Origin: an uncultured Planctomycetaceae bacterium
GTDB taxonomy: Bacteria; Planctomycetota; Planctomycetia; Isosphaerales; Isosphaeraceae
Direction: 5' to 3'
DNA: 64,000 nt
Assembly: GCA_963833985.1 (NCBI GenBank)
Contig: CAWIAD010000002.1
Location: 6,112,001 to 6,176,000 of the forward strand
In this document: positions 43,020 to 51,140 of the stretch, piece by piece
Numbering within the stretch: the first letter of the stretch is position 1
Layout: every line of letters begins with the position of its first letter
Made by a program: the position numbers and the translations under genes
The notes under the pieces: generated by a model
Told to the model about the DNA's origin: nothing
Database searches by the model: none
The model's input: only the letters and a program-made list of their open reading frames with translations

Positions 43020-44522
43020 TCAGCGGCGGCGGACGATCATGCCGTAATGGTCAGGTCCATCGTCTTGCCGGGCGGTCGCGGTACGCTGCCAGACCGGCGC
43101 CGATGGCCCCAGGTCGGATAAGCTTCTCACGCCAGCACGAACCTGCTGGGCCGACAGGCAATAGACATCGAACGTTGCGGCATCATCTCCTGCACTGGCT
43201 CCTGCGCTGTCTCCGCTGCCCAGCACCACGCGGTGACGCGGACTGAGGTAATAGCGTGCGGCCTCCACCTCGTCACGGGGAAACCGCGAGTCGCTGGGGT
43301 GAATCGCAATGGTCGCATTTCCCTGCGTTTCCTGGCTCAGCCACTGCCCGAGCGCCCTCCAGTCGGCCTTGACCACAGGGCTGTTGTTGCTTGCCTCGAT
43401 CGCCGCGATCGAGAGGCAGAATGCCCCGAGCGCGAGAGCCCAGCGCAAGGGTCCGGGCAGCATGCACAGACCGTGGGCCAGCAAGAGCAGATAGGCGGGG
43501 GCAATGAAGAGATGATAACGACCTGGCCCGAAGATCGGCTGGCGGAGCCAGGATTCCACGAACATGAGGACGGGAGGCACCACCAGCCAGCACAGCAGGA
43601 TCCCGCTTTCCACGGGCTGGCTCAGTCGCGGACGACGACCCTGCGTGGTGAACAGCCCCGCGGCGATGACCAGGATGCACGCCAGCAACACGAGGCTGTT
43701 GCCGCCGATGTACTCGATCGGTACGGCCAGCAGTACGCGCAGCGAGTACCGCGGGAGCGGATAATCGGTCCCGTGGTCGAGATAGCGCGGCAGCCATGGT
43801 GCGATCGCCAGCAAGACGCCGGCCAGGATGACCAGCCACGAGCGGAACCCGAGCGCGAGTGAGCGGCGGACGAGCAAGTATGCGGCAATGTGCGCCGCGA
43901 CCATGAAGAGGCCAACCGGGTGGCTGTACACAAGCGCCGTCAGCATCAGACCGTAGGCGATCCTCAGCGGGATGGACTCCGTACGCCGGAACTCCAGGAA
44001 CAGCAGCCACGACAGGCAGGCGACGAGCACCAGCCAGGCGTACATGCGCGCTTCCTGTGCGTGGTAGACCAGGGGCGGGCAAACGGCCGCGAGCCAGGCG
44101 GCCCAGCGCCCCGCCTGATCGTTCCAGAGGCGCCGGCCAAGCTGATAGACGGCCAGCACGGTGCCGATTCCGCAGACGGCGCTGAACGATCGTCCGGCCG
44201 TCTCCGAGTCGCCGAAGAGCTTGACCCAGCCCTGAAGAACCAGCGGATGAAGCGGCGCGCGGGTGCCGTCGATCTGGCCAAGCAGGCCGATCAGCGCGCG
44301 GGGACCGGCCGTCCGCGCCAGCCGCATGGTGACCACCTCGTCATACCAGAAGCTGTACTGGCCCAGCCCGCGCACGCGGAGCCAGACGGCGGTGAAGAGA
44401 ATCAGCAGGAGGTGTGCCGCGATGCCAAAGCGGCAGGTGCCTGCGACTGAACTTCCGAGGCCCGGAGCGTCTTCCTGGCGATCGACGGCAGTCCGCCGCG
44501 GTCCTCGCCAGGGCGGGCTCAT
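43020..44522 (-). CDS. GT-C glycosyltransferase (family 39/PMT-like)
   Basis: Motifs SFWYDE, APLH and QEARMY; many TM helices. The 3' end may carry an indel. Confidence 0.85.
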   Translation of the reverse strand: MSPPWRGPRRTAVDRQEDAPGLGSSVAGTCRFGIAAHLLLILFTAVWLRVRGLGQYSFWYDEVVTMRLARTAGPRALIGLLGQIDGTRAPLHPLVLQGWVKLFGDSETAGRSFSAVCGIGTVLAVYQLGRRLWNDQAGRWAAWLAAVCPPLVYHAQEARMYAWLVLVACLSWLLFLEFRRTESIPLRIAYGLMLTALVYSHPVGLFMVAAHIAAYLLVRRSLALGFRSWLVILAGVLLAIAPWLPRYLDHGTDYPLPRYSLRVLLAVPIEYIGGNSLVLLACILVIAAGLFTTQGRRPRLSQPVESGILLCWLVVPPVLMFVESWLRQPIFGPGRYHLFIAPAYLLLLAHGLCMLPGPLRWALALGAFCLSIAAIEASNNSPVVKADWRALGQWLSQETQGNATIAIHPSDSRFPRDEVEAARYYLSPRHRVVLGSGDSAGASAGDDAATFDVYCLSAQQVRAGVRSLSDLGPSAPVWQRTATARQDDGPDHYGMIVRRR

Positions 44523-44872
44523 CGTGCCGGGCCCAGCTTTTGCAGCAATTGGCTCTGGCGTTCGACCGAACGCTCCACCTCGCCGCGGATCGTCGAGCAG
44601 ACCAGCGTGCAGAGCTGCTCGACCAGGGGGTCGTCGAGACGGTAGTACACCTGCAACCCCTCCTTCCGCCGGCGCACCAAGCCCGAGTCGGCCAGGAGCT
44701 TGAGATGCTTGGAAACGTTGGCCTGCCCGCGTCCCGTTTCCGTGACGACCTGCCCTACGCTCTTCTCGCCCTCCATGAGCGTACGGAGGATCGCCAGCCG
44801 CGTCGGATCGGCCAGCATCTGAAACTTGGTCGCGATCAGGTCCAGCAGGTCGTCGGGGAGGAGTGGAGTCAT
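44519..44872 (-). CDS. ArsR/SmtB family repressor with C-terminal CxxxC
   Basis: Motif LADPTRLAIL...QANVSKHLKLL...GLVRRRKEG.QVYY, then LCTLVC. Confidence 0.93.
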   Translation of the reverse strand: MTPLLPDDLLDLIATKFQMLADPTRLAILRTLMEGEKSVGQVVTETGRGQANVSKHLKLLADSGLVRRRKEGLQVYYRLDDPLVEQLCTLVCSTIRGEVERSVERQSQLLQKLGPAR

Positions 44873-44876
44873 TGTG

Positions 44877-44905
44877 TTGACTTTATAGCCCTTCGATTAT
44901 ATAAC
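44877..44905 (+). promoter_or_regulatory. Sigma70 promoter TTGACT-N17-TATAAC, overlapping a minus-strand TATAAT (44896..44901)
   Basis: Both hexamers match consensus at 5/6 with ideal spacing, in an AT-rich divergent intergenic region. Confidence 0.7.
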
Positions 44906-44974
44906 TAAAGAAGGCAGTACCTTATTGTAACCGCCTGGGACTGAGGTGCAAGGGCCTTGGAACGGAAGAAATCG

Positions 44975-45181
44975 ATGTCCGAAATCTTGCTGATGGTCGG
45001 CTTCGTGGCCGTCTGGATTGTGCTCAATCGCTGGATATTGCCGAGGATGGGAGTGGCCACCTGAATGAGCGGGAGCTGCGCGGTGTCACCGCGCCAGGAG
45101 ACCGACTCGAGGCGTTCGCCCGCCTTTGCCGAGCCGCGGAGCAAGACGGCGAGCGGGGTGGACTCGGAGAAACCGTACTGA
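44975..45181 (+). CDS. Putative small membrane selenoprotein (68 aa, U-x4-C); absent from the ORF track
   Basis: MSEILLMVGFVAVWIVLNRWILPRMGVAT-[TGA 45062..45064]-MSGSCAVSPRQ...EKPY*. A hairpin follows the UGA, and the ORF fills the gap to the convergent gene. Confidence 0.65.
45076..45097 (+). promoter_or_regulatory. Candidate bacterial SECIS hairpin
   Basis: Stem GCGCGGT/ACCGCGC with loop GTC; the loop G lies 21 nt after the UGA. Confidence 0.55.
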
Positions 45182-45183
45182 GC

Positions 45184-45942
45184 TCAGCGGGTTTCTCGCT
45201 GGCGGCTGTCGGGGCTGGCCGCATCTCTGGCCATGAGATGAAAGTCGATCACCAGCGGCAAGTGGTCGGAGGCATCGCGCGCCAGCCGCGAGTGGGCGAT
45301 CCGGACATGGCGAAATCTCCAGCCCCCGCGGGCGAACGCCTTGTCGAGGGCGGTCATCGGAAAGTACGCCGGAAACGACAGGAAGCGTGACCGCGGAGCG
45401 GTTAACTGGCTGAAGCCGCGGCGGGCGAAGAGCCCATCCGCCAGCGTATTGCGCCAGTCGTTGAAATCTCCGACGATCAGCGTGGGCAGGTGAGCGGCCT
45501 GGCGGAAGAGATGGTGTTCCATGAGATGGAGCACCTGCCAGTGCCGTTCCCGCTCGGCCAGGCCAAGGTGCCAGTGGACCAGGTGGAATGGCCCCTCTGG
45601 GCTGTTGACCACGGCAAGCTGAGCGCCGCGGGCTTTCCGCCGCTCGTGCCTGAGCGAGACCTGGTGATGCGACTGGAAGGGCCAGCGCGACAGGACCAGG
45701 TTGCCGTAGCCGCCATCCCTGAGCTTGACGTTGAGCTGATACATGTGAGCCGCGGCGTGAAACGCCTCGACAAGCCGGCGCGGCTGGTCGTCGTGCCGCG
45801 TCCGCGACACGTGCCGGTCCACCTCCTGGAGGCAAATGAGGTCCGGGTTCTGGTCCTCGATGACCTGGATGATCCGCTCCAGACGATAGCGCCGGTCCCG
45901 GCCGCCGATCCCCTTGTGGATGTTGTAGCTCAGCAGTCTCAT
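45184..45942 (-). CDS. Endonuclease/exonuclease/phosphatase family protein (YbhP-like)
   Basis: Motifs SYNIHKG, CLQEV, YGNLVLSR, GDFNDW and ASDHLPL. Confidence 0.92.
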   Translation of the reverse strand: MRLLSYNIHKGIGGRDRRYRLERIIQVIEDQNPDLICLQEVDRHVSRTRHDDQPRRLVEAFHAAAHMYQLNVKLRDGGYGNLVLSRWPFQSHHQVSLRHERRKARGAQLAVVNSPEGPFHLVHWHLGLAERERHWQVLHLMEHHLFRQAAHLPTLIVGDFNDWRNTLADGLFARRGFSQLTAPRSRFLSFPAYFPMTALDKAFARGGWRFRHVRIAHSRLARDASDHLPLVIDFHLMARDAASPDSRQRETR

Positions 45943-46667
45943 GGTCGCGCGTCGTGCGGCTCCTGCGGCGAGCGTGCGCTCTCTCCCTGGGTCCGCGGGA
46001 CGCTCGCGAGTTTCACGTAATCTTCGAGGTGGTCGCACTTTCCGTTGACCGCCTCGTGCCGGGCCGTGCCCCCCGCATCCCGCTCCACGGGCTGGTCCAG
46101 CCGGGCGTCAGCATGAGTGTGAGTGACGGTGCGGCCGCTCCGGACGGCCCGGATTCCGGACACAACCAGCCAGTGATGGACCGCCCGATAAGCGAACCAG
46201 TAGCCGATCAGGTTCGGGCCGGGCAAGGGCCAGAGCAACGCCAGCGCCACCGGGGCGATGATGGCATTGTAGCTCAGCGCGACGACATGAGCACGCCCGC
46301 GCCGGCGCAGATAATCGCTCCAGAGGCTACGGACCTCTTCAACCGGCCGCGTGGTCGGGTGCTTCAGATCGATCCGCGTGGCCGATCGCAAACGCCGCAG
46401 CATCGGCTCGTCCGCACGGGTCAGTGAATGCATCCAGTCCCAACCTCGCCTCATCCATCCCATTGCTCCGCTTCGAGCATGGTGGACGTCATTCCACCAA
46501 TGCTCCCAGCGCCGGAGCAGTTTATCCCGCAGGGATGTGGGCGCAGCACGCGCGTCATCGGCAGCCTCGTCGGCGACCGCCTCGCACTCGTCTGCGTAAA
46601 AAAAAACGCGCCGGTCGTCCGCCAGAAGCAAGTAGATCGTCACGTGAAAATCCGTTTCTGGTCGCAT
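45939..46667 (-). CDS. Hypothetical membrane protein
   Basis: Hydrophobic hairpin ending LPGPNLIGYWFAYRAVHHW; ATGA overlap with the next gene. Confidence 0.7.
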   Translation of the reverse strand: MRPETDFHVTIYLLLADDRRVFFYADECEAVADEAADDARAAPTSLRDKLLRRWEHWWNDVHHARSGAMGWMRRGWDWMHSLTRADEPMLRRLRSATRIDLKHPTTRPVEEVRSLWSDYLRRRGRAHVVALSYNAIIAPVALALLWPLPGPNLIGYWFAYRAVHHWLVVSGIRAVRSGRTVTHTHADARLDQPVERDAGGTARHEAVNGKCDHLEDYVKLASVPRTQGESARSPQEPHDARP

Positions 46668-47184
46668 TCAAGGGGAAGTGCCGTTACGGGACCGGGCGCT
46701 GGCATGGGAGGTCTCATCTCGGCCACAATTTTGTCTTGAACCCGCCATGAAACTGCCCTGAACTGGAAGCCACATATCGCGGGGCCCCTTTCCATAGGAC
46801 GAGCAAGACGGCCCTTGCCTCTCCGAAACTGGCGATGAATCCGATGCTCCCGTAGCTCGAGGATTTGCACGTCCCGGGCCGGATGGGAGGGCGCCGCGGT
46901 CCGGCCAGGCCTCGCTTTTTTGGGCATTGACTCATTCCGGGAACGTCTCCTTCCGATGGTAAAACAAAGAAAATGGAGAATCAGGGGATCACCCGGCGCA
47001 GATTTCTCGCCCGCAGCCGATGAGAAAACGACCGCGGGTGATGATTCCTGGTTTGGAATCGGGCTCGGGCCAGTGTTCCAGAACGCACCCGCGCTGGCGG
47101 CGGGAAAAGGAGTTCTTGCCCATGACTGGGGGCGTGCAGCGAACTTCCCGGCAGCGGGAGTCATCACGGGTCTCCGCGCGAAGA

Positions 47185-48852
47185 ATGAACCCGATGCACC
47201 GGGCCGGCACCAGACCCGCGCTGGAATGCCTGGAATCGCGCCAGCTCTTATCGCTTTACACGGGCTTCAGCCACGTCCGCAACGTTCCTACGCCTTACGG
47301 GGTGTATTCACTCCAGGTGCAGGGGCCGGGCATCCTCAAGACCTCGCCGGCCGGCGGCGGGGCGTTCGATGTGAAGGTGCTGGGGACAACCGAGGCATCG
47401 ACGCTCACGATCTCACAGGTGCGCCCGCGGTTTCACGTGCCCAACGGTCCCATGACCATCCGCAACCTCACCATCGGCTCCGGGCAGATTGGCAGCATCC
47501 TGGCCGGCAGCGTGGAGCTGGCCGGGGCCATGACACCGCTCAGCGGCAGCGTCGGCAGCCTGGAACTCGGCGCCCTCGGACCCGCCGCGCAGATTGACGT
47601 GCACGGCAGCGTCAGCACCTTCGACGTCGGCTCCGTGAACCTGGGCCCTGGCGGGCACGTCCTCATCGCCGGCGATGTGAATTCGGCCTTCCAGAGCCTG
47701 GGCCAGAGCGCCGCGGCCACCGCACTGACCATCTCGAGCATGAACCTCAACGGCGGCCAGTTCATCATCGGCCGCGACTCGCTGGAACCGATCAGCATCG
47801 CCGGCGACTTCACCCTCTCACACAACGGCCTCTTCGCCGTCGGCCGCGATCAGACCGGGACGGTCACGGTGGGCGGTTCGGTGGTCATCGACTCGGGCGG
47901 CCAGATCAGCGTGGGCCGGAACCTGGCGGCCCTGTCCGTGGGCGGCAACATCCAGGTCGATCCCGGTGCCAGCGGCATCGTGGTCGGCGGCGACTTGAGC
48001 GCGCTGAGCGTGGGTGGCTTCCTGCGGGGCCAGGGCTCGGCCAGCGCGACCGACCTGGGCGTGGGTCTGAACCTCAATAGCCTGACGGTTCTGGGAGGGG
48101 GCGCGAGCCAGGGCGGCATCCAGTCGGCCAACATCAACGTCGCCAAGAACCTCAGCAATGTGAACGTGGCCCACGGAATCTTCGGAAGCTGGATCACCGC
48201 CGGCGTGGGTATCAACAATGTGAACGTCGGCGCTGATGGAACGACCGCAATCTACAACTCCGAGATTGACGCGGGCACGAGCATTTCCAACGTGACGCTT
48301 GGCGGCGACCTGACCTCCGGCTTCCCGACGGGTGACACCACCGGCTACCCGACGCGAATCATCGCCGGCAAGGTACGCTCGGCGGTGATCGGATCGCCTC
48401 CCGATCAGGGACTCTATCTGCCCAACGGCACGATCAGCAACTTCGCGATTGGCGGCTCGCTGATCAATGCCGTGCTGGCCGCAAGCGTGGCGCCCTATGG
48501 CGGCGACGGCAGCTTGCCCCCGCCGGTGCCCTACGGCGGCACCCCGCGCACCTCGGGCCCTCCACCTACCGGCTTCAGCAACTACAACGCCCCCGGCGGC
48601 CTGACCCAGCTCAGCACGGGCCAGAGCATCAAGAACTACTCCATCCGCTCGTTCGTGAACGGCCAGCCCCTGCCCGTCGCGGTCTACGACACGGCCACTG
48701 ACCCGAACGTGCACGTCAACGTACTCGACGGCGGCACGATCACCGCGACGGTCAGCGGCAGCGTGATCTCGACCCCGCACGACGACAGCTTCGACTTCAC
48801 CGGCATCTTCGCCGTGAACACCGCCGGCGTGAACGGCGGCCTGGCGCCGTGA
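47185..48852 (+). CDS. Exported Gly/Ser/Val-rich beta-solenoid-like protein
   Basis: Planctomycete export motif RPALECLESRQLLS; repeated VGG[SND]/VGRN units; start uncertain. Confidence 0.75.
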   Translation: MNPMHRAGTRPALECLESRQLLSLYTGFSHVRNVPTPYGVYSLQVQGPGILKTSPAGGGAFDVKVLGTTEASTLTISQVRPRFHVPNGPMTIRNLTIGSGQIGSILAGSVELAGAMTPLSGSVGSLELGALGPAAQIDVHGSVSTFDVGSVNLGPGGHVLIAGDVNSAFQSLGQSAAATALTISSMNLNGGQFIIGRDSLEPISIAGDFTLSHNGLFAVGRDQTGTVTVGGSVVIDSGGQISVGRNLAALSVGGNIQVDPGASGIVVGGDLSALSVGGFLRGQGSASATDLGVGLNLNSLTVLGGGASQGGIQSANINVAKNLSNVNVAHGIFGSWITAGVGINNVNVGADGTTAIYNSEIDAGTSISNVTLGGDLTSGFPTGDTTGYPTRIIAGKVRSAVIGSPPDQGLYLPNGTISNFAIGGSLINAVLAASVAPYGGDGSLPPPVPYGGTPRTSGPPPTGFSNYNAPGGLTQLSTGQSIKNYSIRSFVNGQPLPVAVYDTATDPNVHVNVLDGGTITATVSGSVISTPHDDSFDFTGIFAVNTAGVNGGLAP

Positions 48853-49011
48853 GGCTCATGGAAGAAAGCAACGGCGAGCATACCCGGTGATATCGACGAA
48901 AATCTCCTTCGGTTCGCAGTGAGTGATGCCACGCCTTGTGAGTAGAGGGCAGGAGCGAAACGACCTTTACGCCCGAGCAATCGGCAAGATGCGGAAGGTC
49001 AAAGTGGCTAG

Positions 49012-51140
49012 CCCGACTTTCGCAGGAAGGAATTAGAAGACAGGCTCGCTAATTCACATAATCCTCCCATCCTGACGTCTCCATGCTCAGACTAGGCAGT
49101 CTGGATAAGGTTGACAACCGAAACCAGGCTCATTTCCCACTTCATCCCAAAATAGTGACTAATTCTAGTGGCTCCCGCCTTGATTTTCTAAGGGCGCCAT
49201 GTCATCTATAGTGACCATGTACATCCGCAAGACGGTCCGACGATACAAAGATAAAACATACGTGAATTTCTTGTTGGTCGAGTCCGTCCTCACCGACAAG
49301 GGACCGCGGCAAAAGGTAATCTGTTCACTCGGTGATCTCTCGCCCGCGCCGCCCCAAGAGTGGCTTGCCTTGGCCCGCAAGCTCCAGGACGCACTCACCG
49401 GTCAATTGTCCCTCCCGGGGATGGTCGATGAGGATCCGGAACTCGAGCGACTCAAGCAGGCGCTTCCCCTGCAAGCCACTCCCCCCGGCGAAGGCGACGT
49501 GACTGCGTCCTCGACCTCCTCGGCGGACGATCTGATTTCGGTGCACGTCGATCGCGTCACCTCCGAATCGCCCCGGCCCGCCGGTCACGTCCATGTCGGT
49601 CGCGAATTCTGGAAGCGATTGGGCCTGGACGACATCTTGAAATCACTGGGCTTCACCCCGTGGCTGATATCATTGACCTGCGCGATGACGCTCAATCGGC
49701 TCATTCATCCCGCGGCCGAATACTCCATGCCCGACTGGATTCGATCCACGGCTTTGGCCGACATCCTGGGCGTCGACTTCTCGCGCCTCCCCGACGATCC
49801 CCTGTACCGCAACCTGGATCGCCTGCACCACCACCGCGCCACCATTGAATCGGCCCTGGCCCAGCGCGAGCAAAGCCTCTTCAACCTGGGAAATACGGTC
49901 CTGCTCTATGACCTGACGAGCACCTATTTCGAGGGGAAAGCGGATCTCATCCCCAAAGCCAAACGCGGCTACTCCCGCGATCACCGGCCCGACTGTAAGC
50001 AACTTGTGGTGGGGCTCGTCATCGGTCGTGAGGGGTTCCCCCGCGCTCACGAAATCTTCGAGGGCAACGCTCAGGATAGGCAAACGCTCAGCACGATGCT
50101 CGACTTGCTCAAGCAGCGCGTGGGGCTTCCTGAAGGCTCCACGATTGTCGTCGACCGCGGGATGGCCTTCGCGGAGAACATCGCGGAGCTCCGTCGACGC
50201 AACTTGCATTACGTCGTAGCCGCTGGACAGAAGGAACGCGATCGCCTCCTCGCCGAATTCGAGACGGCTGAGGGATTCACAGAAGTCATCCGCCAACCTT
50301 CACCCCGCAATCCTGGTCAGAAGAAATCGTCCGTGCGGGTCAAGGCTCACCCATCGAATAATGAGCTTCTGATATTGTGCATAAGCCAAGAGCGGGTGGA
50401 GAAGGACCGCGCTATCCGCACCAAGCAAGAGGGGCGTTACCTGAAGGATGTGGCGCGACTTCAAGGACGAATCGAGAAGGGACGGCTCAAGAAGGAGATC
50501 AAGATCGGCGAGGCGGTTGGCCGGCTCAAGGAACGCTACCCTCGGGTGGCTCGCTATTACTCACTGACCTTCGACGTCAAAACCCGACAACTCAAGAACC
50601 AACCCGATGAAGAGAAGCAGAAGGTTGCAGCGAGCCTTGATGGCAGCTATTTGCTGCGTAGCGACCGTCTGGAGCTTACTGGCGACGAGGGGTGGCGGAT
50701 CTACGGCTCTCTCACTCGAGCCGAGAATGCCTTCCGGTGCATGAAAAGCCCGTTGTGCGAGCGTCCCATCTTCCATCACCTGGAGCACAGGGTGGAATCG
50801 CATATTTTTCTGTGCGTTCTGGCATACCACTTATTGGTTGCCATCGAGACGACATTGCTGCGTCAAGACATACACACGTCGTGGGCAACGGTTCGGGACC
50901 TGCTTGCCAAACACGAGATTACGACAATCGTTCTGCCCACCGACCAGAATGGAATGCTGCGGATACGTCGGAGCGCCACGCCCGAGCCCGACCACAAGGT
51001 TCTGTACGAGGCGCTCGGAGTTCCGATACAGATCATACGTCCAGTAAAAACCTGGGAGCAAAGCCGGCCCAATAGTGACTGAAAAATCGACGGGACCCTG
51101 ATTTTCAAGTGGTTCCCCGGCCCAGGGTGCGGAAGTTAGG
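49012..51140 (+). mobile_element. IS1634-family insertion sequence (about 2.13 kb)
   Basis: Imperfect TIRs CCCGACTTTCGCA / TGCGGAAGTTAGG (10/13), with CTAG duplicated at 49008..49011 and 51141..51144. Confidence 0.88.
49217..51082 (+). CDS. IS1634-family DDE transposase
   Basis: MYIRKT start; motifs LYDLTSTYFEG, GYSRDHRPD, VVDRGM, ENAFRCMKS..CERPIFH and HIFLCVLAY; frame intact. Confidence 0.95.
   Translation: MYIRKTVRRYKDKTYVNFLLVESVLTDKGPRQKVICSLGDLSPAPPQEWLALARKLQDALTGQLSLPGMVDEDPELERLKQALPLQATPPGEGDVTASSTSSADDLISVHVDRVTSESPRPAGHVHVGREFWKRLGLDDILKSLGFTPWLISLTCAMTLNRLIHPAAEYSMPDWIRSTALADILGVDFSRLPDDPLYRNLDRLHHHRATIESALAQREQSLFNLGNTVLLYDLTSTYFEGKADLIPKAKRGYSRDHRPDCKQLVVGLVIGREGFPRAHEIFEGNAQDRQTLSTMLDLLKQRVGLPEGSTIVVDRGMAFAENIAELRRRNLHYVVAAGQKERDRLLAEFETAEGFTEVIRQPSPRNPGQKKSSVRVKAHPSNNELLILCISQERVEKDRAIRTKQEGRYLKDVARLQGRIEKGRLKKEIKIGEAVGRLKERYPRVARYYSLTFDVKTRQLKNQPDEEKQKVAASLDGSYLLRSDRLELTGDEGWRIYGSLTRAENAFRCMKSPLCERPIFHHLEHRVESHIFLCVLAYHLLVAIETTLLRQDIHTSWATVRDLLAKHEITTIVLPTDQNGMLRIRRSATPEPDHKVLYEALGVPIQIIRPVKTWEQSRPNSD

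Noticed and set aside
44905..45144. Minus-strand 79-aa ORF over the selenoprotein candidate
   Set aside because: It has no recognisable features and runs into the promoter region. The plus-strand reading has a promoter, TM helix and hairpin support.
46668..47120. Long intergenic region as a possible ncRNA
   Set aside because: No recognisable RNA motif; it is adequately explained as a divergent promoter region.
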